This document shows positions 50,855-60,877 of a stretch of DNA of 64,000 nt, piece by piece. Position 1 is the stretch's first letter. Every line of letters begins with the position of its first letter. This DNA comes from an uncultured Chloroflexia bacterium (GTDB lineage Bacteria; Chloroflexota; Dehalococcoidia; Dehalococcoidales; UBA2162), in the NCBI GenBank assembly GCA_963739865.1, contig CAVUCA010000004.1:64280-128279 (forward strand), in the 5' to 3' direction. The notes beneath the pieces were generated by a model. The model was not told the DNA's origin, made no database searches, and saw only the letters and a list, made by a program, of their open reading frames with translations. Made by a program: the position numbers and the translations under genes.

Positions 50855-51118
50855 TTACTTTTCCAATTTTTCCCGTTTAGAACACAAATAGTTGTAGATG
50901 AGTGCCTGTATAATTGCGAGAACGATGAGGCCAAAACCGAAAAAAATAGCCAGATTAAGACTTCCGATATTAATTGACAATGTTTTTGGACTAAGAACAC
51001 TTATCAGTACAAATGCCAAGTACATCGGAACATAAATAGCTATCATTATAAGCCCAAGAGTAGATTTATAACCCTCAGATTTCCCCTTTTTCCAATCAGT
51101 TGACGGACCGTGATCCAA
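50855..51118 (-). CDS. DUF485 (YjcH-like) small membrane partner of ActP
   Basis: GGAGG RBS before TTG 51118; two TMs; immediately upstream of actP. Confidence 0.85.
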   Translation of the reverse strand: MDHGPSTDWKKGKSEGYKSTLGLIMIAIYVPMYLAFVLISVLSPKTLSINIGSLNLAIFFGFGLIVLAIIQALIYNYLCSKREKLEK

Positions 51119-51292
51119 ATTACACCTCCAACAAGCCGGAAAAACAATCGTTTTCAAAAAACCTTTATTCTGCTCGATGAGCATCTCATATAAAAAACGC
51201 GACACATTACATATGTAAGGCCGCGGTAAACATTATTTAGCACACTAACAGAAGATAGTAAGTCATAGTACTTATTCATGTCAAGTTCATAA

Positions 51293-51378
51293 CAGGTATA
51301 AATACCTGCTTAAACAGGTATTTACTTCTAGATTATATTGTAAATAACAGGCTTTTCAGAATATATGTAATCAGGTAT
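51293..51378. promoter_or_regulatory. clustered CAGGTAT operator-like repeats in the divergent actP/satP promoter
   Basis: CAGGTAT-AA-ATACCTG (51293-51308), TAAATACCTG-N6-CAGGTATTTA (51299-51324), CAGGCTT at 51348, and CAGGTAT at 51372 abutting TTGACG. Confidence 0.7.
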
Positions 51379-51462
51379 TGACGCTGATGTAATAGCCCAT
51401 ATTCACTGATATTCTTAAAATGATAAGGGTAATTTGGCTTTGAATAAATAAAAGGGGGATAA

Positions 51463-52128
51463 ATGGCTTCTCATTTAGTCAAGAGGGGTGTTTTTGAAGA
51501 GATTGAAGATGATGAAAATCAATTCAAACTTTTCGAAGAAATACAGACGTCTTTGTCACAAACAAAATCGAAGCCGGTATTCGGGAATCCGGCTGCGGTA
51601 GGGTTGGGGGCTTTTGGCGCAACTACGATTTTGTTACAATTCCACAACTTGGGGTTTGTAGGCACCGGGGCAGTAATGTGGCTGGCTTTCTTTTTCGGAG
51701 GGCTATCACAACTTATCGCTGGTTTTCAGGAGTTTCGTACAGGAAATAGTTTCGGTTCAGCTGCATTTGTAACCTACGGTTCATTCTGGATTGCTTTAGG
51801 CGGGATTTTCCTATCAACCCAACTGAAATTATTTGGTATAACCGGAACAGATATCGGTTGGTTTTTAGTTGTATTTACCGGACTAACGGCGATTTATTTT
51901 ATTGGTTCAACACGGCAAAACGGAGCAATGGCTGTAGTATTTCTTTCGCTTCTTATCGGTTTTATTCTCCTTGATATCGGCCATCTGGTTCCAAATGCGG
52001 AAGTCTTTAATAAAATTGCAGCAGTTGAACTTATTTTTTGTGCCCTTTCTGCTTGGTATCTCATGGCTCATGTGATTTTAACGCCATTAAAGATTAAAGT
52101 CCCAGTTGGTAATGCCTGGGTTAAATAG
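51463..52128 (+). CDS. satP: acetate uptake transporter, SatP/GPR1/FUN34/YaaH family
   Basis: NPAAVGLGAFG.TT, GGLSQLIAG..EF..GN and YGSFW. Confidence 0.9.
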   Translation: MASHLVKRGVFEEIEDDENQFKLFEEIQTSLSQTKSKPVFGNPAAVGLGAFGATTILLQFHNLGFVGTGAVMWLAFFFGGLSQLIAGFQEFRTGNSFGSAAFVTYGSFWIALGGIFLSTQLKLFGITGTDIGWFLVVFTGLTAIYFIGSTRQNGAMAVVFLSLLIGFILLDIGHLVPNAEVFNKIAAVELIFCALSAWYLMAHVILTPLKIKVPVGNAWVK

Positions 52129-52165
52129 AAAGTATTCGTACTTAAATTAAGTAGGAGGTTTAGGA

Positions 52166-52690
52166 ATGGAAAAGAGGATATTAGTTCCCTTAGACGGGAC
52201 TGAAGCTGGTGAAGCGGTCCTTTCTAAACTTGATAATCTGGTACTAAAAGGCGTACCGAATGCTGTTGTTGAACTTACACTCCTTAAAGTAATCCAGATA
52301 GTGAATTTCAATGTTTTAACTACCGATAAAAGAGCCCAACTTCCATATTCAAAAGATGACCAGAAGCAAATGAATAATGAGTCTAATTCATATCTTGAAA
52401 AGATAGCTGAAAAGCTGCGGAAACAGGGATTTCAAGTTAAGACAATGATAAGAACTGGTGCAGCCGCAGAAGAAATAGTTAAAGCAGCTAATGAAACAAA
52501 TGCGAGTCTTATTGCCATGTCCACCCGCGGCCGGAGCGGCATTATCCGATGGGCTATCGGGAGTGTTACCGACAAAGTAATCAGACTGGAAGGAAAGATA
52601 CCAGTCCTTGCAGTCCATGCAAATCAGAAAGCAGAAGAGAACTCGGTGTTACCTATTGGCTCACTTCAGAGTTTGCTGAAACACAGTTAA
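52166..52690 (+). CDS. universal stress protein
   Basis: ILVPLDG, LIAMSTRGRSG and GSVTDKV. Confidence 0.92.
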   Translation: MEKRILVPLDGTEAGEAVLSKLDNLVLKGVPNAVVELTLLKVIQIVNFNVLTTDKRAQLPYSKDDQKQMNNESNSYLEKIAEKLRKQGFQVKTMIRTGAAAEEIVKAANETNASLIAMSTRGRSGIIRWAIGSVTDKVIRLEGKIPVLAVHANQKAEENSVLPIGSLQSLLKHS

Positions 52691-52711
52691 GTTTATTCCG
52701 CACCGACGTTT

Positions 52712-52752
52712 AAATAGCAATACCCCCTTCAGCAAGGGGTATTGCTATTTTT
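52712..52752. terminator. bidirectional terminator between the USP genes
   Basis: AAATAGCAATACCCC-N9-GGGGTATTGCTATTT. Confidence 0.88.
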
Positions 52753-52815
52753 GTTGGCAAAGATTTAATGGTATTTGGATATTAACGAAATAATACAAAA
52801 CGCAGATAACATTGA

Positions 52816-53289
52816 TTAAGATTTTACCGGGGGTAAAGCTCTAACAGTTAATACTGGTATCTTGCTTTCATGTAGTACTTTATCAGTGATACTTCCTAAC
52901 GCCCATCGCCGAAAACCGGAACGTCCATGAGAAGACATCGCTATCAAGTCGGCTTTTGTATTTTGAGCGGCTTTGATGATTTCTTCGGCAGTATTGCCTT
53001 CAACGATCATTGTAGATGTAATGATTCCCTTTTCTTTAAGGGCTTTCGCTATTTTATCCAAATATTCCTGAATACTTATTTTGATTCTTTTTATATCATT
53101 TTCACTATAGGGAAGTTGCGCTGCAATCGAATCGGTTAAAACATCGAATGTTAGATCCGAGATGACCTGGAGTAAAATGATTTCAACACTCGTGTTAGGA
53201 GATAGTTTTACTAACAAGTCCTCTACATTTCGTAAGGCAGTCTCTCCCACTTTCGAACCATCGAGGGGTATCAAAATCCTTTCGTACAT
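52816..53289 (-). CDS. universal stress protein
   Basis: YERILIPLDGS, IAMSSHGRSG and GSITDKVL. Confidence 0.92.
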   Translation of the reverse strand: MYERILIPLDGSKVGETALRNVEDLLVKLSPNTSVEIILLQVISDLTFDVLTDSIAAQLPYSENDIKRIKISIQEYLDKIAKALKEKGIITSTMIVEGNTAEEIIKAAQNTKADLIAMSSHGRSGFRRWALGSITDKVLHESKIPVLTVRALPPVKS

Positions 53290-53425
53290 TGTTACTTTCT
53301 CCTCTTTTCAGCATTTGGGGATAGATAATGTCCGACGTCTAAAGTAGCTTTCATAATAGCTATCGTATTAAACTATTGTCAACAATAATATTTGCCAAAC
53401 CTAAATCAAACTAGTTGGAGTAAAT

Positions 53426-54103
53426 ATGGAGAAAATACGAATTATAATAGCAGATGATCATGATGTTGTTAGAGAAGGAACGAGAACACTCTTAGAAAGA
53501 GAGAGTGATATGCAAGTAGTTGGTGAAGCGAGTAATGGCGAGGAAGCAATAAAACTGATCGAAAAGCTAAGCCCGGATGTTGTAATCCTTGATATTTCTA
53601 TGCCGAAACTAAGTGGTATAGAAGTTACACGGCAAATCAAACCTCGTTTCCCAACCTTAGCGGTACTGATATTATCAGCATACGATAATGATGAATATGT
53701 GTTCTCTTCATTGGAAGCGGGTGCGACTGGCTATCTACTAAAAGATGTTCACAGCCGTGAAATCGTTGAAGCTGTTAGGTCGGTGTATTCCGGCGAATCA
53801 GTACTCTATCCATCTATTGCATCCAAGGTAATACAGAGAGCCATAACCAGTACACCAAAACTTATAGAACCTAAAACAATATCAGAATTAACTGACCGTG
53901 AGATCGAGGTACTTCGGCTAGCTTCCAAAGGTGCCAGCAATCAAGATATTGCCGATTCATTATGTATCAGTGTTCGCACGGTACAAGGCCATATTAACAA
54001 CATATTCAGGAAATTAAGTGCCGATTCAAGGACGGAAGCTATTTTTCAAGCTGTTAAAAAAGGACTGATTTCCTTTGAAGATGTAGACGAATCCAAAGAC
54101 TAA
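53426..54103 (+). CDS. NarL/LuxR family response regulator
   Basis: IADDH, LDISMP, GYLLK and HTH LTDREIEVL...TVQGH. Confidence 0.95.
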   Translation: MEKIRIIIADDHDVVREGTRTLLERESDMQVVGEASNGEEAIKLIEKLSPDVVILDISMPKLSGIEVTRQIKPRFPTLAVLILSAYDNDEYVFSSLEAGATGYLLKDVHSREIVEAVRSVYSGESVLYPSIASKVIQRAITSTPKLIEPKTISELTDREIEVLRLASKGASNQDIADSLCISVRTVQGHINNIFRKLSADSRTEAIFQAVKKGLISFEDVDESKD

Positions 54104-54137
54104 TCACTGTGTCTTGTTTGGAGGTAAATCGAGGAAA

Positions 54138-55760
54138 ATGAAAGTCGTGTTTTCCTGGTCATACTGGAATATCACCACTAAGATATTATCGCTTTTCCTA
54201 GGACTTTCAGTGTTATCCATGGGGGTCCTCGGGGCGTTTGCAATTATCAGCTTGAGAAATCTTGGTAATTATGCCCTGGAAACGAGTAGTGCATTAGGTC
54301 AGCGGGCGATTCTTAACAGTACGGAGCACCTGAATAAATTAGGTGAGAACCTGGTCAATCAAAAAGCGGCCGATGTAGCCAAACAAATAGAGATGTACCT
54401 GGCAAGTAAACCGAGAACGACATACCAAGATATGAGGTCTGATATTGAACTCCGAAATATCGTAGTCCAATCCGTAGGTACATCGGGGTATACAACACTG
54501 ATTGATCCGGTTGAGAAAGTGATAATAATCCATAAGTTTTCGGAGCAAGAGAAGAACCTTGAATCTCTATCCGAAAGAATTCCATCATTCTGGAAATTAC
54601 TGGATTCCTCAATAGGAAAAACACAAGCTTCAGGGTATTACGATTGGATTGAAGTGGATAATTCAGTTAGTGAAAAATATGCGAGCATTGTTTCAGTAAA
54701 CTACCCGGAAATACCAAACTTAACATTATGGGCGACAACGTATATCAGTGAATTTTCACTTCCGGCGTTACAAACCGAAGGAGAGATAAATGGAGTTATT
54801 GGAGAAAGCAGGGAATACTTCAGTGCTAATTTTAACGAACTCAGGGATTATTTTCTTGTAATCTTCGCTGTATTAGTAATATTCGTAATTGTCATCGCTT
54901 TATTACTATCAAAAGTGATTACCAGCCCTATCCAAGCTCTTAAATATGGAGCGGCACAAATAAGCCGAGGAAATCTAGAATACAAAATCAGGGTGAAAAG
55001 TAAAGATGAACTGGGGAAATTAGCAGATTCTTTCAATGAAATGGCCACAGCTTTATTTAGAGGGAGAGAAAAAGCCAGAGAAGTTGCTGATGAGAATATA
55101 GACAAAGAAAGAAAGATTCAAGAAAACTTAAGACTATATGTCCAAAAGATAAGTGAAGCACAGGAATCAGAGAGGAAGCGGGTAGCAAGAGAATTACACG
55201 ATCAGACAGTGCAAGACCTGATAGTAGTTACTCGTCAACTTGATGACCTTAGCTCAGGAAATACGAAACTAAATGCTCAGGATATTCGGGTAGAAGTTCA
55301 AAAAATATTGCAGGGAGTACGTAATTTCGGTCAGGAATTAAGGCCCTCGATCCTGGATGACTTGGGATTGGTACCGGCAGTAAATTGGTTGGCATCGTTA
55401 ATAAATAAAGAAAATGTAATATCGGTAGATACAGAAATTACCGGCATTTATCCCAATTTACCACCGGAAACGGATTTGATGCTATTTCGTATTGTTCAAG
55501 AAGCATTAACCAATGTCAGAAAACATTCCGGTGCTAAAAAAGTACTGGTAAAGATTGATTTCAACGATAAACTTGTTAATATTCTCATACAGGATAATGG
55601 TATGGGATTTAGTATGCCATTAAGGATAGCTGATTTTACCCGGACAGGGAAACTTGGCCTTGTAGGTATAACCGAAAGGGTTCAGTTATTGGGGGGAAAC
55701 ATCAATATCTTTAGCCAACCAAATCAAGGCGTAACAATAAAAATCGAAATACCGATATAA
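54138..55760 (+). CDS. sensor histidine kinase (extracellular Cache-like domain, HAMP, HisKA_3)
   Basis: Two TMs flanking a soluble domain; DELGKLADSFNEM, ERKRVARELHD, QEALTNVRKH and DNGMGF. Confidence 0.92.
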   Translation: MKVVFSWSYWNITTKILSLFLGLSVLSMGVLGAFAIISLRNLGNYALETSSALGQRAILNSTEHLNKLGENLVNQKAADVAKQIEMYLASKPRTTYQDMRSDIELRNIVVQSVGTSGYTTLIDPVEKVIIIHKFSEQEKNLESLSERIPSFWKLLDSSIGKTQASGYYDWIEVDNSVSEKYASIVSVNYPEIPNLTLWATTYISEFSLPALQTEGEINGVIGESREYFSANFNELRDYFLVIFAVLVIFVIVIALLLSKVITSPIQALKYGAAQISRGNLEYKIRVKSKDELGKLADSFNEMATALFRGREKAREVADENIDKERKIQENLRLYVQKISEAQESERKRVARELHDQTVQDLIVVTRQLDDLSSGNTKLNAQDIRVEVQKILQGVRNFGQELRPSILDDLGLVPAVNWLASLINKENVISVDTEITGIYPNLPPETDLMLFRIVQEALTNVRKHSGAKKVLVKIDFNDKLVNILIQDNGMGFSMPLRIADFTRTGKLGLVGITERVQLLGGNINIFSQPNQGVTIKIEIPI

Positions 55761-55869
55761 AATGATATAGAGTATGTGTAAATACTTCGAGAAACTACTA
55801 TAAATCCGAGCGGAAGTATCCGGCAAATATTTACGGTTCTTGTTAAGACTGAAAATCAAGATGAAATAA

Positions 55870-56550
55870 TTATTCCACTAACATACCATCACTCATACGA
55901 TGGGTGATAGTGGCGAATTTAGTGGCTGAAATATCATGGGTGACAACGATCACTCCGACTTGTTCGCTTTCCACGACCTGCTTTAATAAGTTCAATATGG
56001 TAGTCCCGGTAGTCGTATCCAGTTCTCCGGTAGGTTCATCAGCCATGAGTAAACTGGGCCGGTGAGATATAGCCCGGGCGATGGCTACCCGCTGCCGTTC
56101 TCCACCCGATAATTCATACGGGCGGTGACTGGAGCGGCGGTCAAGGCCAACCATTTTTAGACATTCCTGGACACGGTTATCTCGTTCGTACCGGGTCCAC
56201 CCGGCAATCCTTAACGGGAGTTCCACATTTTCATATGCGGAAAGTAAAGGTAGTAATCCGAATGACTGGAAAACAAAACCGATTTTACGTCTTCTCAGCT
56301 CAACTAGTTGCCCGTCATCGAGTTTGTTTGTATCCTGGTTTTCGATGAAGACAATGCCGCTTGTTGGACGGTCCAATCCGGCCAGCAGGTTTAACAGGGT
56401 AGTTTTTCCGGAACCTGATCTGCCCGTGATCATCATGAGTTGTCCGGGATATACATCGAGTGTTACATCACGTACCGCTTGTATCCGGCTGTTGCCCAGG
56501 GTAAAAACCCGGGAGACTTGCCTGGCTGAGACCAGCGATGAAGTATTCAC
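55870..56550 (-). CDS. ABC transporter ATP-binding protein (MacB/LolD type)
   Basis: GRSGSGKTT, LSGGERQR and DEPTGELD. Confidence 0.92.
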   Translation of the reverse strand: MNTSSLVSARQVSRVFTLGNSRIQAVRDVTLDVYPGQLMMITGRSGSGKTTLLNLLAGLDRPTSGIVFIENQDTNKLDDGQLVELRRRKIGFVFQSFGLLPLLSAYENVELPLRIAGWTRYERDNRVQECLKMVGLDRRSSHRPYELSGGERQRVAIARAISHRPSLLMADEPTGELDTTTGTTILNLLKQVVESEQVGVIVVTHDISATKFATITHRMSDGMLVE

Positions 56551-57446
56551 TGGTTATTCTCCTTGCGGTTTTGTTCGGGAATAATCGTGATATGGTCCCC
56601 CGTCAACTCTATTTTTACTCTTTCATTAAGACTTAATTTACGCATGTAGTCATTCGGGAGTTGAAGTCGTCCCGCACGGTCGACAACTACATATTCATCA
56701 AGCATCTCTGCCGGTTCCGGAGGCGGTTGATATGTAGGTACTCGAATAGCTTCCAGACTCGACCTGCCATCACGGATAGTAATAACACGGTCTACTTTCC
56801 GGGTGATACTTAAATCATGGGTAACGATAACGATAGTGATGCCGTAACGTTCGTTGAGGGTATGGAAAGCATCGAGGATCGTACCGGCGGTCTGACTATC
56901 CAGTTCACCGGTAGGTTCATCAGCCAGCAGCAGGGGCGGGTTGTGGGCCATTGCTACAGCAATGGCGACCCGCTGCTGTTCTCCTCCGGAAAGACGGTCG
57001 GGTTTATGATGGGCGCGGTCGGCAAGCCCGATGGCAGTCATAAGTTCCAAAGCCCGGTAGTGACGTTTCGAAGGCGACCACCCCAATAACTGCAGCGGTA
57101 ATTCGACATTTTGCAGGGCAGTTAAATATGGTATAAGGTTTCGGCCGCCCTGTTGCCAGACAAATCCAACATCTTTACGCCGGTAGGCGACTAAGTCCCT
57201 GGGGGATACGTCCAGCAAATCCCGTTTACCGACTATTACTTTACCAGCCGATGGTGTTTCCAACCCGCCTAGAATGTTAAGGAGAGTTGATTTTCCGCTG
57301 CCGCTGGCGCCAATGATCGCCATCAACTCGCTTCTGCGAACCCTTAAGTCAAGGCCGCGTAAGGCCACGACTTCGAGATCGGCGATCTTATAAATCTTAA
57401 ACAGGTCTTCACAAACTATATAGTAGTCATCATTCAATTCAATCAT
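56547..57446 (-). CDS. ABC transporter ATP-binding protein (MacB/LolD type) with a C-terminal AbrB/MraZ-like extension
   Basis: GASGSGKST and LSGGEQQR; tail [12 protein letters not shown]...[14 protein letters not shown]. Confidence 0.9.
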   Translation of the reverse strand: MIELNDDYYIVCEDLFKIYKIADLEVVALRGLDLRVRRSELMAIIGASGSGKSTLLNILGGLETPSAGKVIVGKRDLLDVSPRDLVAYRRKDVGFVWQQGGRNLIPYLTALQNVELPLQLLGWSPSKRHYRALELMTAIGLADRAHHKPDRLSGGEQQRVAIAVAMAHNPPLLLADEPTGELDSQTAGTILDAFHTLNERYGITIVIVTHDLSITRKVDRVITIRDGRSSLEAIRVPTYQPPPEPAEMLDEYVVVDRAGRLQLPNDYMRKLSLNERVKIELTGDHITIIPEQNRKENNQ

Positions 57447-57448
57447 AG

Positions 57449-60400
57449 TTATTCTTCACCCATTCTTAGAGCACGTGCCAATGCAACTCTGGAGAAGAAA
57501 AGGACGACCAGGGACATGGTGACGATAAAGGCGATGGTCAATATAATATAGGCAATGCTGATGGTTGACCAATCAGTAACGATAGAAAAGGGAGGGATTA
57601 CAGTTTCCCCTTTTTCGGTAAGCTGGAGGAAAGGCATCATGATTCTACTGAGACGGCTCCCCAGCAGCGTACCAATGCCCATACCCAGCCCGATGACACA
57701 TACTTGCTCAAGACTAACCAGGCTGATGATCTGTTTCCAGGAAAAGCCGAGCGTCCGGAGTACGGCAAATTCCAGGTGGCGGCTGCGGGCAGCCAGGTAA
57801 GCATACACGATAAAGCCTAAACCACTTACCAGGACCACCCCGACAAAGGAGATCAACAGGATACCTGCCCAACCGGCGGCGACCAGGGGGTCTGATTTCT
57901 GTTCTTCAAGTAATGCTTCTCTATCGTAAAAATTATCAGCCCGGTATCCCCCGGTTTTCAAGGTTGCGATAGCTTTCGCCCTTTCCTTAGAGTCGTTAAC
58001 CAGACTCAACCATACTTCATTTGGATAGATACGGTTATTGTTACTCAAGCCGGCATATGCCAGACGGTCATAATTCAGTATCAAAAATGGCTGTTCATCC
58101 GGATATAAGGTTGGGAAATAGTCCACTACGGCTTTTATTTCAATAGGAACGAACTGTCCGGGGATACGGATCGTCAACCAGTCGCCGATACCAATGCCTA
58201 CAGCATCTAGGAATGATCGGCTGGCGATTGCAGAAAGGGGACGCTCATCAAAGTTGGGGAAGATACCCTGGAAGGCATTGCGTCCGTTCCATGTGTATCT
58301 TGCCGCGTATTCTCCGCTGTGAACAACTGTACGCTGTTTACCTAATGAATCGGCATTTGTTGCTTGATTAACGGCGCTGCCTTGTGCTTCGGTACGCGTC
58401 GTCCATTCACTGATATCCTCAAAGTCTTCGATTATTACCGGTTCAGATGGAGATGGCCCCCGGACCTGCAAATCATCAAGATAGATGCCCTGTAATCCTG
58501 ATAGTCCGGTTACGGAAAGGGAGATACAATGGAGCCTGATAGGGAATGCTGGTAATTCATCAAGGGAATCATAAAGTTCTGCTTCGATATACTGCCATTC
58601 GTTGTACTGGGTTGATCCGAGGGTGATATCATGATAAACCCCACGGCCGTCTTCAATCCTGGCAATCAAGGTGAGTTTGGAACTATCGGAAGTCCGTGAA
58701 GGAAAAGCATATTGTGAACTGGTAGCGTATACCGGTGATATCCAGATACCGATGGCTTCGATTCCGTCAGGAAGGAGGATGCCTGATTTTTCCAGTTTAT
58801 CGTTCTCCAGTATCGTCATCAATTCGGGGACGGATAATTCAGAAAAATCATTGCGGTACCAAACTAATTCACCGAGTGTCGAAGGATCTACCGCCAATAC
58901 TTCTCCGTCTGTTTGGGTAAACGTACCTATAGTCGCTGAAGTCCGGTAAGCTGTACTGAAGCCCTCGATTCCGGATACTTTGGAATATTGGTCGATCAAA
59001 GCTTGCTTACCTTTTCCGTAACTGACAAGTTTTTCCAGTCTGACCTCGCTGCCGGTTAGATAGTCTACACGTTCGTTATAACTGCGGTTAAGCGTCCCCA
59101 GGAAACTGGCGGAAAACATCCCGACGCTCGCAGCCATCATCAGAAGGAGTATCAACCGGCTGTAATGGATCGGATTTCTTGCCATATACCGAAGGGTTAA
59201 TGTAACTACGGAGCTAGTGATATAGCGGCTTAATTTCGAGGCTAAATTAACCAGTAATGGGAAGAGGCGAAGGAAGACGATGGCTACTGCTAACATAAAC
59301 AACAATGGTGTGATCAGCATCAGTGGGTCGATGCCCAGGTCGCCGAAGATTTTTTGAGTAAGCAGACTGCCCCGCTGCCTTAATTCATAATACAGTCCCC
59401 CACCGGCAACCAGAAAGACTATATCGAGATAGAACCTCTGCCAAACGGGAGCACGCGGGGGACGGGCAATCATCTGGCGGTGATGGAGGATACTACGCCG
59501 GGAAGCTTGAATGGCGGGAATCATAAAAGCCAACAGACACAAGACCGCAGCAACTCCAGCCAGGATGAATACCATGGGAGAGAACCTGATCGGTAAAAGG
59601 CCTCCCCCGGTTAATGGCAAAAAAGGCCCTGTTTTACCAAGTAAGCCAAAAACAAAGGCACCGAGTAAGGGACCGACAACTCCCCCGAAGGCACTTATAA
59701 TGACCCCTTCTATCAGGAATATACCAAATATCTGGAAAGTACTGGCGCCCCGGCTTCGTAATAAGGCTATTTCACCGGTTTGTTGTTCGATGACCATACT
59801 GGCAACAGTGGCAATATAGTAGAAAATAATAGCTGCTATCTGGAATACCAGGAGATAGAGGGGCACCTGGGTATATAGTTGTTTTTTCAGATATTCCAAT
59901 ATCGTTGTATCGAGGCTGGTGAACACAGTACCGTTGATAACCTGAGTGGTAATACCTGAATCGACAACGTCTATCAATTGAGCAATATGTTTTGCATTGG
60001 TAGAATCAATCCGTGTAGTATCGATGTAGTAGTACCAGTGATAGCTGATCCTTGTTTTGGGGGATAACGGACCAATGACACCGAAAATAGTATCCTGGGA
60101 AACAAATAACGGCACGATGACATTTTCATCCGAAGGGACATCAAAAACCTTCTTATTGAGGAACCAGAATTCATCATCGGCATCCAGCGGCTCGATCAGG
60201 CCTACCAAATGAATGTAAATAGTCGTGGGATCCAGCCCGCTGCCTTCTTTATAAAAGATGATCCTGTCTCCCACTTCTGCATGAAGTAGTTCTGCCGTCC
60301 TGGGACTGATCAAGCCCTCAATTTCGATATCGGGATTGATTAGGTCTTCCGGCATGAGCGTTCCGGTGGTACCGGAAGAAGAACTCTGTTGCGCTAAAAG

Positions 60401-60877
60401 CTGTTGGTTGGAAGGTACTTCGCCGGTATATTTGGGAAAACGGCCTTCTACTAACCTTACGTGTTGTTCGAGGTTGGTATATGCCTGGAAGTAACCTGTG
60501 GGCCGGCTGGAGTCGGTGGGGATAATTTCCCCCGCGATCATGGCATTAAAGTCTTGACTCAGGATGAATGATTCTTCCTGACGAATGAAGTTTCCAATAT
60601 AAGCGTCGACCTGTTGTTTGATAAATGCGGTCGTACTAGTAAATTCATCACGGTCGATGGGGTTGTTGGAGGAGTACACATCAATATCCAGCATCGGTGC
60701 CGGTTGCTTATCCAGGGTATGCCTGAGGCCAAGATCATTTAACGCATTTGAGTAGAGAGGAGTACTCGCTAAAATCGCCACGGCTACTACTACACCAACG
60801 ACAATACTGGATAGCAGTTTCCAATGAGCTTGAGTCCGTTTTACTACCAGTTGTAATGCATTAAATAGCTGAATCAT
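57449..60877 (-). CDS. large FtsX/MacB-like ABC permease with two extracytoplasmic domains
   Basis: Two FtsX modules (EIALLRSRGAS; EFAVLRTLG) and large soluble regions. Confidence 0.88.
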   Translation of the reverse strand: MIQLFNALQLVVKRTQAHWKLLSSIVVGVVVAVAILASTPLYSNALNDLGLRHTLDKQPAPMLDIDVYSSNNPIDRDEFTSTTAFIKQQVDAYIGNFIRQEESFILSQDFNAMIAGEIIPTDSSRPTGYFQAYTNLEQHVRLVEGRFPKYTGEVPSNQQLLAQQSSSSGTTGTLMPEDLINPDIEIEGLISPRTAELLHAEVGDRIIFYKEGSGLDPTTIYIHLVGLIEPLDADDEFWFLNKKVFDVPSDENVIVPLFVSQDTIFGVIGPLSPKTRISYHWYYYIDTTRIDSTNAKHIAQLIDVVDSGITTQVINGTVFTSLDTTILEYLKKQLYTQVPLYLLVFQIAAIIFYYIATVASMVIEQQTGEIALLRSRGASTFQIFGIFLIEGVIISAFGGVVGPLLGAFVFGLLGKTGPFLPLTGGGLLPIRFSPMVFILAGVAAVLCLLAFMIPAIQASRRSILHHRQMIARPPRAPVWQRFYLDIVFLVAGGGLYYELRQRGSLLTQKIFGDLGIDPLMLITPLLFMLAVAIVFLRLFPLLVNLASKLSRYITSSVVTLTLRYMARNPIHYSRLILLLMMAASVGMFSASFLGTLNRSYNERVDYLTGSEVRLEKLVSYGKGKQALIDQYSKVSGIEGFSTAYRTSATIGTFTQTDGEVLAVDPSTLGELVWYRNDFSELSVPELMTILENDKLEKSGILLPDGIEAIGIWISPVYATSSQYAFPSRTSDSSKLTLIARIEDGRGVYHDITLGSTQYNEWQYIEAELYDSLDELPAFPIRLHCISLSVTGLSGLQGIYLDDLQVRGPSPSEPVIIEDFEDISEWTTRTEAQGSAVNQATNADSLGKQRTVVHSGEYAARYTWNGRNAFQGIFPNFDERPLSAIASRSFLDAVGIGIGDWLTIRIPGQFVPIEIKAVVDYFPTLYPDEQPFLILNYDRLAYAGLSNNNRIYPNEVWLSLVNDSKERAKAIATLKTGGYRADNFYDREALLEEQKSDPLVAAGWAGILLISFVGVVLVSGLGFIVYAYLAARSRHLEFAVLRTLGFSWKQIISLVSLEQVCVIGLGMGIGTLLGSRLSRIMMPFLQLTEKGETVIPPFSIVTDWSTISIAYIILTIAFIVTMSLVVLFFSRVALARALRMGEE

